Of a stretch of 64,000 nucleotides of DNA, positions 1-9,856 are shown piece after piece (the stretch's first letter is position 1; every line of letters starts with the position of its first letter). The DNA lies in assembly GCA_963718235.1 (NCBI GenBank), contig CAVQYR010000001.1:1344001-1408000 (forward strand), given 5' to 3'. This DNA comes from an uncultured Actinomycetota bacterium. Its GTDB lineage: Bacteria; Actinomycetota; Actinomycetes; JAHEKZ01. Made by a program: the position numbers and the translations under genes. A model generated the notes under the pieces. It worked only from the letters and a program-made list of their open reading frames with translations, ran no database searches and was not told the DNA's origin.

Positions 1-464
1 ACCGTCCACACGATCCACAGCAGCAACGACTGGGTCGTCCCGGACAGCAGGGCGACGGCGAACGGGGTGTACGACCCGGCGATGAACAGGTAGATGTTGG
101 CGTGGTCGAGCCGTTTGAGGACCGCCGCCGCGTGCCGGCCCCACTCGCGTCGGTGGTATGTGGCACTCACCCCGAACAGCAGCACGGTCGTCGTCACGTA
201 GACGGCGACCGACCAGCGAACCGCGCCGGTCGGTGCCACGGCGAGCGCGACGAATCCGAGCACCAGCGCGAGCGGCACCGCCCCGAGGTGCAACCAGCCG
301 CGCAGGTGGGGTCGCACGTTGGTCGGAACGTGGGGCAACGCCCGCTCGAGGACGCCCTCGGCCCGCTCGACGGCCCGCTCGGTGGCTCGTTCGACGCGCT
401 CCTCGACGCCGTGCTCGACGTCGCGGAGCCGTTCGTGCGGACGGTGGGGCTGGTCGGGGGTCAC
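1..464 (-). CDS. Hemolysin III family (PAQR/YqfA-like) membrane protein, 3' end runs off the window
   Basis: Manual minus-strand translation from GTG at 464 gives VRPHLRGWLHLG ... LKRLDHANIYLFIAGSYTPFA, the HlyIII family signature. The start overlaps the upstream stop (GTGA). Absent from the ORF track because it is open-ended. Confidence 0.9.
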   Translation of the reverse strand, partial: MTPDQPHRPHERLRDVEHGVEERVERATERAVERAEGVLERALPHVPTNVRPHLRGWLHLGAVPLALVLGFVALAVAPTGAVRWSVAVYVTTTVLLFGVSATYHRREWGRHAAAVLKRLDHANIYLFIAGSYTPFAVALLSGTTQSLLLWIVWT

Positions 465-1210
465 AGGTCGAAGACCTCGAACAGCACCGCGGCCTGCACC
501 CCCTGGGGCTCGCCGGCGCCGGCCGCGATCCAGGTAAGGAACTCCTCGGGGTCGGGGGCCGCCTCGCCGAGGCCGTCGAGATAGGCGGCGTGGGCATGCA
601 GCGAGGCGACCGCACGGTCCATGTGACCGGTGACGTCGACGAAGTGGGTGGCCAACGGGGAGGAGGCCATGGCGACGAACCGCACGCCGCTCCACGGCGG
701 CAGGCCTTGGTCGACCAGGTCGGTGAAGATCCAGCGGTTGCCCGCATCCTTGGTGCCGTCGAGGGTGGCCAGGCCCACGGCGCGATGGTCGGCCTGGTTG
801 GTGAAGCCTCCGCCGAAGCGCTCGTGGTGGTTCATGCCGATCACCACGTCGGGGCGGTGTCGTCGGACGGCAGCGGCGATGTCGCGGCGCAGGGGCAACC
901 CGTACTCCACCGCACCGTCGGGGTGCCCGAGGAACTCCACCGTGTGGACCCCGACCAGCGCGGCGCCATCGCGCTCCTCCTGCTCGCGCAGCGGTCCGGC
1001 CTCGGCCGGCGCCAGGGAGTCGATGCCGGCCTCGCCCCGGGTGGCGAGCACGTAGGTGACCGAAGCACCGCGCGAGGTCCACTTGGCGACGGCGGCCGCG
1101 GCGCCGTACTCCATGTCGTCGGGGTGGGCCACGACGCACAGGACCCGCTCGAAGTCCTCCGGCAGGGCGGGAAGCCGGCTTGGCACGGGTGGGCCGGGCG
1201 TGGTCGCCAT
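461..1210 (-). CDS. PIG-L/LmbE family deacetylase
   Basis: C-terminal part of ORF 461..2212. Motifs VAHPDDMEYG, TRGEAG, REQE, ADHRAV. ATG at 1210 overlaps the stop of the upstream gene. Confidence 0.88.
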   Translation of the reverse strand: MATTPGPPVPSRLPALPEDFERVLCVVAHPDDMEYGAAAAVAKWTSRGASVTYVLATRGEAGIDSLAPAEAGPLREQEERDGAALVGVHTVEFLGHPDGAVEYGLPLRRDIAAAVRRHRPDVVIGMNHHERFGGGFTNQADHRAVGLATLDGTKDAGNRWIFTDLVDQGLPPWSGVRFVAMASSPLATHFVDVTGHMDRAVASLHAHAAYLDGLGEAAPDPEEFLTWIAAGAGEPQGVQAAVLFEVFDL

Positions 1211-2895
1211 CAGTACTTCCCGTACACCTGGACCTTGGTCCCCAGCGGGGACTCCTTCCAGATCCTGAAGATGTCCGGCCGCCAGACCCGGACACACCCA
1301 TGACTGGCGGGGTACGGCAGCACGAGGTCGTTGGAGGCCGACCCGTGCAGGGCGATCGCCGGACGGCTCGGGAAGAAGAACATCGGGTGGTACATGAAGG
1401 CGCCGGGGTACAGCGTGCTCTCGACCGGCCCCTTCAGCTTGCGGAAGATCGCGCCGGTCCCGTTCGGGGTCTCGTAGCCGGGCTGGCCGGAGGACGCCCA
1501 CACGACCCGGCGGAACTTCGAGTGCACCACCTGGAACAGGACCTGGCAGGTCTTGTTCATGTACAGGCCGTCGGAACGCTTGGGCTTGGGGAGTCGGTGG
1601 GCGCCGAGGATCGAGTTCGCCAGCCCCTTGGTGAGGCCGCTGCGGCTGGGTGTGAAGCCGGCCATGTCGCGCCACGCGCACAGAGCCTGGCGGGTTCGGG
1701 CGTCGTCGACGCCGTCGACGGCTCCGACCGGGACGCCGAGCTGGTCCAGCTTGCGTTCGACGAAGTAGGTGCGGTTGCCGGTGACGACCTCGAACCTGGT
1801 GCTGGTGCCCTCGGCCACCCGACAGGGTCCCTGCCGACAGAGGGCAGCGGGCTTGCGGACCCGGAACGTGTGGAGACCGACCTTGCTGATCCTGGTGGAC
1901 AGGGTGAATCGGGCCCGGTGGGTGGGGCTGCCGCCAGAGGAGACCACGTGGATCCGACTGCGGTCGACGGTGGCCCAGCGGTCTGCGCGTCGCATCTCCA
2001 GCACGACCTGACCGAGCCGCTTGGCCGGCCAGCCGGGGGAGACGAACCCCTTGACGGTGTAGCGCCGGTCGAGCGACGCGATCGCCTTGGCGCGCGGCGT
2101 GGACACGGCGAACGTCGAGGCCGGGAAGCCGAGGCGGTAGTGGCCGAAGGTCACCCCAGGCAGGCCGGGGAGGCGAAGGGCCAGAAGCGCGCTGCCCTGC
2201 GGTGTGGGCCACGGCCAGCGCGAGGTGACGACGCCCTTGCCGTTCGATCGGTCGACGACTGCGCCGGTGGTCCCTGCGCTGCGTCGCAGCACGAGGTCGA
2301 CCGCGCGTGCGGCGTCGCGGCTGTTCGAGAAGACGACCCGCGTGGTCGCGGTCGCCCCCCTGGTGCGGCCTGGGCCCAGCCGGTGTGGCTCCTGGACGAT
2401 GCGGGTCAGCACCGGCCAGTCCGAGCCGTTGACGGTGATCTGTCCCTCGCTCCCGAGGGACAGTCGCAGCGGGCCGTCGGTGACGCAGTCACGGCTCACC
2501 GGGCACAGCTCCACGGACAGCTGGTGCGCGCCGTCCATCATCGACCCAGCCCGGAGCTTGGCCTGCCAGGTGCCGTCGGTGTCGTCACCGGAGACCGGCG
2601 TCATGGTGGTCGGCGCGAGTCCGACGCCCTTGCCGCGGTCGACCACCACCGGCTGACCGTCCTGTCCTCCCGGCACGACGAGGTGGAGCGACACCGTGAT
2701 GGCGCGGGTCTCCTTGCGGGTCACGGTGACCGTCTTCGGCGCCGCCGTCACCGAGTCGACCGTGGGGCTGCCAGGGGCTGCAGTGGCGGTCGGTGGAGCC
2801 ACGACGAGCACCCCCACCGTGGCCAGTGTGGTCAGCAGGGCCGTCGCCGTCGCGCGGTTCCGGCGAGGAGTCGACAGCAAGGGGCGAGGAGACAC
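1210..2895 (-). CDS. Secreted multidomain L,D-transpeptidase (YkuD domain with peptidoglycan-binding-like domain)
   Basis: Signal peptide; C-terminal IALHG...ASHGCVRV catalytic motif; LGVPVGAVDGVDDARTRQAL PG-binding-like segment. Start placed at GTG 2895 (TACCCT -10 just upstream); alternative ATG 2934. Confidence 0.85.
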   Translation of the reverse strand: MSPRPLLSTPRRNRATATALLTTLATVGVLVVAPPTATAAPGSPTVDSVTAAPKTVTVTRKETRAITVSLHLVVPGGQDGQPVVVDRGKGVGLAPTTMTPVSGDDTDGTWQAKLRAGSMMDGAHQLSVELCPVSRDCVTDGPLRLSLGSEGQITVNGSDWPVLTRIVQEPHRLGPGRTRGATATTRVVFSNSRDAARAVDLVLRRSAGTTGAVVDRSNGKGVVTSRWPWPTPQGSALLALRLPGLPGVTFGHYRLGFPASTFAVSTPRAKAIASLDRRYTVKGFVSPGWPAKRLGQVVLEMRRADRWATVDRSRIHVVSSGGSPTHRARFTLSTRISKVGLHTFRVRKPAALCRQGPCRVAEGTSTRFEVVTGNRTYFVERKLDQLGVPVGAVDGVDDARTRQALCAWRDMAGFTPSRSGLTKGLANSILGAHRLPKPKRSDGLYMNKTCQVLFQVVHSKFRRVVWASSGQPGYETPNGTGAIFRKLKGPVESTLYPGAFMYHPMFFFPSRPAIALHGSASNDLVLPYPASHGCVRVWRPDIFRIWKESPLGTKVQVYGKY

Positions 2896-2950
2896 CCCCC
2901 CAGGGTAGGTGACGGGGGAAGGATCCTCGGCCATGCCGCGTTCCAGCAGC

Positions 2951-3874
2951 GTGGCTCGACCCGAAGACCTGTACTCCGTTCACACGCAGCCGCTGCGCCT
3001 GAACGGCGCACCCGACGCTGGGGTGCCGCTGGTGATGCTCGTCGGCATGACCGGATTCCTGGACGCCGGTGGAGCGCCGACGAGCGCTGCCGAGCACCTG
3101 CTGGAGCACCTGGACCCTCGGTTGCTCGCCACGTTCGACTCCGACGCACTGCTCGACTACCGGACGCACCGGCCGGTCATGACCTACGTACGCGACCACT
3201 ACGACACCGTGGTCCTGCCCGAGATCCGGCTGTACCAGCTCGCTGACCTCGAGGAGCGGGACTTCCTGCTCCTGGTCGGGCCGGAGCCCGACCTCGCCTG
3301 GAACGGGTTCGTCGGGGCGGTGACCCAGCTGGTCGAGACCCTCGGTGTCTCGCTGGTGGTGGGCCTGGGGGCCGTCCCGTGGCCCGCTCCGCACACCCGG
3401 CCGCTGGACGTCTCGGCGCACGCGACGGACCCGCAGCGTGTGGCCGGCTACCGGCCGTGGGTGTCGTCGATCCAGGTGCCGGGTCATGTGGGCGGTCTGC
3501 TCGAGCTGCGGTTGGGTGAGTCCGGGCACGAGGCGATGGGCTTCGCGGTCCACGTGCCGCAGTACCTGGCGCAGTACGGCTACCCGCAGGCAGCGGTCCG
3601 ACTGCTCCACGCGGTCGTCGACGCCACCGGGCTCTCGTTGCCGATCGCCACGCTGGCCGAGGCAGCCCTGGTCGTCGACGAGGAGATCGTCGAGCACCTC
3701 ACCCGGTCGCCCGAGCTGGCCGAGGGGGTCCGCATGCTCGAGACCCGCTACGACGCGGCGCACGACGGGGGGACGCTCGAGGGTCTCGCCGTCGACGGCG
3801 AGCTGCCGTCCGGTGAGGACATCGCCGCCTCGCTGGAGCGCTACCTGGCCGAACGGGCTGCTTCCGACGAGTGA
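2951..3874 (+). CDS. PAC2 family proteasome assembly chaperone-like protein
   Basis: GFLDAG, FDSDALLDYRTHRPVM, GPEPDLAW, PHTRP and HVPQYLAQ motifs typical of actinobacterial PAC2 proteins. Start uncertain (2909/2933/2951). Confidence 0.85.
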   Translation: MARPEDLYSVHTQPLRLNGAPDAGVPLVMLVGMTGFLDAGGAPTSAAEHLLEHLDPRLLATFDSDALLDYRTHRPVMTYVRDHYDTVVLPEIRLYQLADLEERDFLLLVGPEPDLAWNGFVGAVTQLVETLGVSLVVGLGAVPWPAPHTRPLDVSAHATDPQRVAGYRPWVSSIQVPGHVGGLLELRLGESGHEAMGFAVHVPQYLAQYGYPQAAVRLLHAVVDATGLSLPIATLAEAALVVDEEIVEHLTRSPELAEGVRMLETRYDAAHDGGTLEGLAVDGELPSGEDIAASLERYLAERAASDE

Positions 3875-3976
3875 GCCGGCCGGATGAGGGGTCGTTCACC
3901 GACCGTTCACCAGGGCCGTCGTGGTCGAGCCGTGTGCCGGTGGTCGATCCGGGCCGACGTGCGGTAGGCATGGTGC

Positions 3977-5404
3977 ATGCAGGAAGTGCGCCTCGCCGCC
4001 CGGTCTCCGCTCGAGCTCGCCGCCGTCATCGGCCCAGAGCGGGTCGACCGGTTGGTGAGTGCGATTGCCCCGGTCATGCAGCATGCCCTCTCCGGGCACA
4101 GCGTGATCAACGTCAACTCCACCGCCGCCGGAGGCGGAGTCGCCGAGATGCTGCAGGTTCTGCTGCCGTTGTCCCGTGGCGCCGACGTCGACGCCCGGTG
4201 GCTCGTGATCGACGGCGACCCGGAGTTCTTCGCCCTGACCAAGCGGCTGCACCACCAGCTGCACGGTGACGCGGGGGACGGCGCCCCGCTCGACTCACTC
4301 GCCCGGGCCCACTACGAGCAGACGATGCGCAACAACATCAGCGAGCTCGCTGCCGTCGTCGCCGAGGGCGATGTGGTGATCCTGCACGACCCTCAGACGG
4401 CAGGCTTGGCCGAGTCGTTGAAGAACCGCGGGCTCCCCGTGGTGTGGCGCTGTCACGTCGGGGTCGACGGTGACAACGAGTGGACGGCGCAGGCCTGGGA
4501 CTTCCTGCGGCCCTACCTGCTCGACCACGTCGATGCGTTCGTCTTCACCCGGGAGAGCTACGCGCCGCGCTGGGTCCCGCGTGAGCGACTGCACATCATC
4601 AAGCCGAGCCTCGACCCGCTCGCGGCCAAGAACCTCCCGCTGACCGACGAAGAGGTCGTCGCGATCCTGTCGCACGTGGGGATCATCGACGGGACCGAGC
4701 CGACCCCGGTGCCGTTCGCCCGGGCGGACGGGTCACCAGGCCGGGTGGAGCGTTTCGCCGACATCATCTGCACCGGTCCGCCGCCACCGGTCGACGCACC
4801 GCTCGTCGTCCAGGTGAGCCGCTGGGACCCGCTCAAGGACATGGCCGGGGTCATGCACGGCTTCGTCGAGCACGTGCTCGACGGAACCTCGGCCCACCTC
4901 GTGCTGGCCGGTCCGGTCGTCACCGCCGTGGCGGACGACCCCGAGGCCGCCCAGGTGCTGGAGCAGACCTGGGAGCAGTGGCGAGCCCTTCGCCACCACC
5001 AGCGCAGCAGGGTCCAGCTGGTGTGCCTGCCGATGTCCGACGTCGAGGAGAACGGCGTCATCGTCAACGCGCTTCAGCGTCATGCCTCGGTCGTGGTCCA
5101 GAAGAGCCTCGCCGAGGGCTTCGGGCTGACCGTCGCAGAGGCCATGTTCAAGGGCACGGCCGTGGTCGCCTCGGCGGTCGGGGGCATCGTCGACCAGGTC
5201 GTCGACGGGGAGACCGGGCTGTTGGTCTCCTCTCCCCACGACCTGGCCCAGTTCGGCGCCGCGGTGCGCAGGCTGCTGGACGAGCCGGACACGGCGGCGG
5301 CCATGGGTCGGGCCGGCCGGCAGCGGGCCATCGACCACTTCCTCCCGGACACGTCGCTGGAGCAGTGGCAGCGCGTCCTGGTCACCGCGATGGGTGCCGG
5401 CTGA
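3977..5404 (+). CDS. treT: GT4 glycosyltransferase, TreT-like trehalose synthase
   Basis: VNSTAAGGGVAEML, LHDPQT, WRCH, QVSRWDPLKD, QKSLAEGFGLTVAEAMFKG motifs characteristic of the TreT subfamily. Confidence 0.75.
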   Translation: MQEVRLAARSPLELAAVIGPERVDRLVSAIAPVMQHALSGHSVINVNSTAAGGGVAEMLQVLLPLSRGADVDARWLVIDGDPEFFALTKRLHHQLHGDAGDGAPLDSLARAHYEQTMRNNISELAAVVAEGDVVILHDPQTAGLAESLKNRGLPVVWRCHVGVDGDNEWTAQAWDFLRPYLLDHVDAFVFTRESYAPRWVPRERLHIIKPSLDPLAAKNLPLTDEEVVAILSHVGIIDGTEPTPVPFARADGSPGRVERFADIICTGPPPPVDAPLVVQVSRWDPLKDMAGVMHGFVEHVLDGTSAHLVLAGPVVTAVADDPEAAQVLEQTWEQWRALRHHQRSRVQLVCLPMSDVEENGVIVNALQRHASVVVQKSLAEGFGLTVAEAMFKGTAVVASAVGGIVDQVVDGETGLLVSSPHDLAQFGAAVRRLLDEPDTAAAMGRAGRQRAIDHFLPDTSLEQWQRVLVTAMGAG

Positions 5405-5459
5405 GCGATCCGTGCGTTTCGGCTCAAGACACACCACCCGGTCGGCCGATAGACAGACG

Positions 5460-5687
5460 GTGAGCAGTCCGAACTGTCCCGACCCGATCATCCGGGCGAC
5501 GCTGGTCGCGGTGCACCGACGTGACCACGGTCACCCGGTGAGCCCGTGCCACCCGCACGACATCGAGGTGGTCCGCCTCGGCCCGGCGGCCATGGCGGTC
5601 TGCCACGACTGCTGCTTCGAGTTCGGCTTCGACGACACGCACACCTGCGAGAACGTCGCCCTCGATCACCGGCGCGCGACCGCCTGA
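5460..5687 (+). CDS. Small Cys/His-rich hypothetical protein (75 aa)
   Basis: Strong GC3 codon bias in this frame; 6 Cys and 8 His including CHPH and CHDCC; follows treT on the same strand. Confidence 0.6.
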   Translation: MSSPNCPDPIIRATLVAVHRRDHGHPVSPCHPHDIEVVRLGPAAMAVCHDCCFEFGFDDTHTCENVALDHRRATA

Positions 5688-7153
5688 CGTCGTTCGGCGT
5701 CCCGGCTGATGTTGCGCACCATCGAGCCGAACACCACTCCGTGGAACGGGGCCACCGACCACCAGTAGAGGTGGCCGACCAGGCCGCGTGGGTGGAACAC
5801 CGCGCGTTGCACGTAGGTGGTCGGCTCTTCGCGCACCGCCAGCTCGAGCCAGGCGAGTCCGGGAAGCTTCATCTCCGCGCGCAGCCTCAGGAGGTGGCCG
5901 GGCTCCAGCGTCTCGACCCGCCAGAAGTCGAGCGGCTCACCCACGCGCAGGTGGTCCGGGTCGCGGCGTCCACGGCGCAGGCCGACCCCGCCGACCAGGC
6001 GGTCGAGCCACCCACGCACCTCCCACGCGAGCGGGAAGGAGTACCAGCCGCGGTCCCCACCCACCCCTTCGATCACGGCCCACAGGGCCTCCGGTTCGGC
6101 TGCCACGACCTGCTCGCGCTCGTCGGCGTAGAGGCTGCCGCCGGCCCAGGTGGGGTCGGTGGGCAGCGGGTCACTGGGCGCGCCCGGGGTTGAGGCGTCG
6201 GACCATCGGGTGGCGACGTCTCGGTCCTTGATCCGGCGCAGCGCCAGCGCTACGGCCCGGTCGAACCCGACCAGCCCGTCGGGTGGGTCGGGAACGTAGG
6301 TCCGGATGTCGTGCTCGTGGCAGACCACCTCGTGACGCAACGACGCCACGAGTGGCTTGGCGATGCCCCGCGGCACGGGGGTGACCAGGCCGACCCAGTG
6401 GCTGCTCAGCGTGGGAGACAGGACCGGGACCGCGACGATGATCCGGGGACTGAGCCCCGCGTCCCGGGCGTAGCGCACCATCATGTCGCGGTAGGTCAGT
6501 ACGTCGGGCCCACCGATGTCGAACGCGCGGTTGACCTCCGGTGGCAGGTCGGCCGCGGCGACGAGGTACCTGAGCACGTCGCGGATGGCGATGGGCTGGA
6601 TCCGGTTGCCGACCCAGCGCGGGGTCACCATGGCCGGCAGTCGTTCGGTGAGGTAGCGCAGCATCTCGAACGAGGCCGAGCCGCTGCCGATGATCACCGC
6701 CGCGCGCAGCTCGGCGGTGGGCACGCCGCTGGCGCGCAGCAGCTCACCGACCCGGGCTCGGGACCGAAGGTGCGGGGACAGCTCGGAGTCCGAGGGGACG
6801 AGTCCGCCGAGGTACACGATGCGCCGCACCCCGGCGTCGGCCGCTGCCGACCCGAACCCTCGGGCCATGGCCTCCTCGGTCTGCTCGAAGCCCACGCCTT
6901 CGCCGAGCGAGTGCAGCAGGTAGTAGGCGACGTCGACTCCGGTCAGTGCCGCCCGCAGGGCGTACGGATCACGGGCGTCACCTACGGCGACGTCGACGGC
7001 AGCGGCCCACCGCTGGTCACGCACCCGCTCCGGGTGCCGTACGAGCACGCGGACGTCGAACCCCGCCTCCAGCAGCTCGGGCACCAGCCGGCCCCCGATG
7101 TACCCCGTGGCACCGGTGACCAGTGCTCGACGTCGGGGCTCGGTCGTGGGCAC
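5666..7153 (-). CDS. NAD(P)-binding SDR/epimerase fused to DUF2867 (YbjT-like)
   Basis: LVTGATGYIGGRL Rossmann motif; C-terminal DFWRVE...LRLRAEMKLPGLAWLE...GHLYWWSVAPFH DUF2867 signature. Confidence 0.88.
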   Translation of the reverse strand: MPTTEPRRRALVTGATGYIGGRLVPELLEAGFDVRVLVRHPERVRDQRWAAAVDVAVGDARDPYALRAALTGVDVAYYLLHSLGEGVGFEQTEEAMARGFGSAAADAGVRRIVYLGGLVPSDSELSPHLRSRARVGELLRASGVPTAELRAAVIIGSGSASFEMLRYLTERLPAMVTPRWVGNRIQPIAIRDVLRYLVAAADLPPEVNRAFDIGGPDVLTYRDMMVRYARDAGLSPRIIVAVPVLSPTLSSHWVGLVTPVPRGIAKPLVASLRHEVVCHEHDIRTYVPDPPDGLVGFDRAVALALRRIKDRDVATRWSDASTPGAPSDPLPTDPTWAGGSLYADEREQVVAAEPEALWAVIEGVGGDRGWYSFPLAWEVRGWLDRLVGGVGLRRGRRDPDHLRVGEPLDFWRVETLEPGHLLRLRAEMKLPGLAWLELAVREEPTTYVQRAVFHPRGLVGHLYWWSVAPFHGVVFGSMVRNISRDAERRQAVARR

Positions 7154-7231
7154 CCCCTCAGTGTCGACCCCCCGGCGCCCGGGCACACCTTGGGCGGGCT
7201 GTCCGCGTGCCACGATGGGCCGGTGGGTTCC

Positions 7232-7705
7232 GTGGAGGTGCTGGCCGCACTGGTCATCGTGGTGGGGTTGGCTGGGACGGTCGTCCCGGTGCTTCCCGGG
7301 CTGCTGCTCGTCTGGGGCGCGATCGCCGGGTGGGCCCTGTTGGACGGCGGGGGATGGATCCGCTGGGTGGTCGTGGTGGTGGCCGGTGCGGTGGCGGTGG
7401 CCGGGTACGTGCTGGCGACCTTGGTACCCGGGCGCCGGGCCAGCGACGCCGGTGCTCCCGACTGGGTGCTCCTGGCCGGTGCGGTGGGCATGGTCGTGGG
7501 CTTCTTCGTGATCCCCGTGGTCGGGGCGATCGTCGGCGGGGTCGGGGGAGTGCTGGTGGCCGAGTACGCCCGGACCCGCGACCTGCGGTCGGCCTGGCGG
7601 GTGACCGTCGAGACGCTCAAGGGGTTCGGGATCGGGGCCGCGCTCCAGCTGTTCGCCGGGCTGGTCATGACCGGCGTGTGGCTGGTCGGCGTCGCCGCCA
7701 CCTGA
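7232..7705 (+). CDS. DUF456 family membrane protein
   Basis: VGLAGTVVPVLPGLLLVW and GFFVIPVVGAIVG motifs; highly hydrophobic. Confidence 0.8.
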   Translation: MEVLAALVIVVGLAGTVVPVLPGLLLVWGAIAGWALLDGGGWIRWVVVVVAGAVAVAGYVLATLVPGRRASDAGAPDWVLLAGAVGMVVGFFVIPVVGAIVGGVGGVLVAEYARTRDLRSAWRVTVETLKGFGIGAALQLFAGLVMTGVWLVGVAAT

Positions 7706-7857
7706 TCACAGAGAGTAACTCTTCGGCTACAGGTTGGCCGGATGCCCTGGCGTTTGCCGGGTGGGTAGGGCAGACTGCGGGAAATCACACCGCTGTGAGC
7801 AACCGATCGGGACTCCGCGAGGCCGCTGGGGAAGGCGACCCTCACGAAGGAGGACCG

Positions 7858-8352
7858 ATGACCACCCGCGGTGTCGTGTTCGTGCACAGCGCTCCTGCAG
7901 CGCTGTGCCCTCATGTCGAATGGGCCCTGGCCGGGGTGCTCGGTGGACCGGCCCCGGTGCAGTGGACCCCGCAGCCCGCCCAGCCCGGCAGCTACCGGGC
8001 CGAGGTGTCGTGGTCGGGCCAGCCGGGCACCGCAGCCCGCCTCGCCTCGGCCCTGCGCGGGTGGAGCCACCTTCGGTTCGAGGTCACCGAGGAGGGCAGC
8101 CCGCACGGCGAGGGCGAGCGCTTCTCGGGCACGCCCTCGCTCGGCATCTTCCACGCGGTGATCGGCGTGCACGGCGACATCATGGTGCCCGAGGACCGCT
8201 TACGGGCCGCCCTGCTGGACGCCTCGGCCGGTGGGACGCCGCTCGACGAGGTGCTCCCGCAGCTGCTCGGCCAGGCCTGGGACGACGAGCTGGAGCCGTT
8301 CCGCTACGCCGGCGACGGCGCTCCGGTCCGCTGGCTGCACCAGGTCATCTGA
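7858..8352 (+). CDS. DUF3145 family protein
   Basis: RGVVFVHSAPAALCPHVEWAL ... WDDELEPFRYAGDGAPVRWLHQV; AGGAGG RBS; conserved neighbour of the actinobacterial fab cluster. Confidence 0.9.
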   Translation: MTTRGVVFVHSAPAALCPHVEWALAGVLGGPAPVQWTPQPAQPGSYRAEVSWSGQPGTAARLASALRGWSHLRFEVTEEGSPHGEGERFSGTPSLGIFHAVIGVHGDIMVPEDRLRAALLDASAGGTPLDEVLPQLLGQAWDDELEPFRYAGDGAPVRWLHQVI

Positions 8353-8392
8353 GCCGGCGGGCCCGACTTCCGGCCGGCCGCCGGGTCCCTGA

Positions 8393-9856
8393 TCAGAGCG
8401 GGATGTTGCCGTGCCGGCCGCGCAGCGGGGCCGCCGACTGGATCGCGGCGGCGATCGCCGAGCGGGTCAGCGACGGCTCGACCACCTCGTCGACCACGCC
8501 GAGCGCCATCGCCTTGTCCAGCCCACCGGCGATCAGCTCGTGCTCGTCGGCGAGCTCCTGCTCGAGCTCGGCGCGCACGTCGTCGGGCAGGTCGGACAGT
8601 CGGCGTCGGTGCAGGATCCGCACGGCGGCGATCGATCCCATGACGGCCACCGTGGCCCCGGGCCAGGCCAGGACCTTGGTGGCACCCAGCGCCCGGCTGT
8701 TCATCGCGATGTAGGCACCGCCGTAGGCCTTGCGGGTCACCACGGTCACCCGCGGGACGACTGCCTCGGCGAACGCGTGCAGCAGCTTGGCCCCGCGGCG
8801 CACGACGCCGTCCCACTCCTGGCCGACGCCGGGCAGGTACCCGGGGACGTCGACCATCACGACGAGCGGGACCCCGAACGCGTCACACATCCGCACGAAC
8901 CGGGCCGCCTTCTCCGCCGACGGGGAGTCCAGGCAGCCACCCAGGCGCAGCGGGTTGTTGGCGATCACGCCCACGGTGCGCCCGCCGAGGCGTCCGAGCG
9001 TGGTCACGATGTTGGGGGCCCACCGGGTGTGCAGCTCGACCCCGCTGCCTTCGTCGATCAGGTGGTCGACCAGCGGGTGAACGTCGTAGGCGCGCTTCGC
9101 CGACTCGGGCAGGAACCCGCTCAGGTCGACGTCCTCGACGATGTCGAGCTCGCCCTGCAGACCGAGCAGCACGGTCAGGGACCGTGCCGTCTGGATGGCG
9201 GCCTCCTCGGAGTCGGTGGTGACGTGGACGACGCCGGACCGCCGGCCGTGCGGCTCGGGGCCGCCCAGCCGCTCCATGTCGACGTCCTCACCAGTGACCG
9301 ATCGGACGACCTCGGGGCCGGTGACGAACACCCGTCCCTGGGGACCCATGATCACGATGTCGGTGAGCGCCGGCCCGTAGGCCGCGCCCCCGGCGGCGGC
9401 TCCGAGGACGAGTGAGATCTGGGGGATCTTGCCGGAGGCGCGGGTCATGATGCTGAACACCTCGCCCACGGCGTGCAGCGAGACGACGCCCTCGGCGAGC
9501 CGGGCCCCCCCGGAGTGCCAGATCCCGATGATCGGCACCTGGTCGGCGAGTGCTCTGGCGTAGGCGGCGAGGATGACCTTGCAGCCCTCGGTGCCCATTG
9601 CCCCACCCATGACCGTGGGGTCGGAGGCGAAGGCCACTGCGTGGGCGCCGTCGATGAGCCCCACACCGGCGAGCATCCCGCTGTCGCCGTCTGCGGTGAT
9701 CGGCACCAGGGTGCCGGGGTCGAACAGGGCCGCCATCCGCTTGCGCGGGTGCCGAGGGTCCTGGTCGCGCGGCAGCTTGGCCGGCTTGGCGGCCGACTGG
9801 GTGGCAGGGGAGCTGACCGAGGGGTTGGCGTCTGCGGCGGTCGGGGTCGAGGTCAC
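8393..9856 (-). CDS. accD: Acyl-CoA carboxylase carboxyltransferase (beta) subunit, AccD6-like
   Basis: SGGARLAEG, AGGAAYGPALTD, VTGPEVV, DVPGYLPGVGQE, RKAYGGAY, HGNIPL C-terminus. Start GTG overlaps the fabF stop. Confidence 0.92.
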   Translation of the reverse strand: MTSTPTAADANPSVSSPATQSAAKPAKLPRDQDPRHPRKRMAALFDPGTLVPITADGDSGMLAGVGLIDGAHAVAFASDPTVMGGAMGTEGCKVILAAYARALADQVPIIGIWHSGGARLAEGVVSLHAVGEVFSIMTRASGKIPQISLVLGAAAGGAAYGPALTDIVIMGPQGRVFVTGPEVVRSVTGEDVDMERLGGPEPHGRRSGVVHVTTDSEEAAIQTARSLTVLLGLQGELDIVEDVDLSGFLPESAKRAYDVHPLVDHLIDEGSGVELHTRWAPNIVTTLGRLGGRTVGVIANNPLRLGGCLDSPSAEKAARFVRMCDAFGVPLVVMVDVPGYLPGVGQEWDGVVRRGAKLLHAFAEAVVPRVTVVTRKAYGGAYIAMNSRALGATKVLAWPGATVAVMGSIAAVRILHRRRLSDLPDDVRAELEQELADEHELIAGGLDKAMALGVVDEVVEPSLTRSAIAAAIQSAAPLRGRHGNIPL

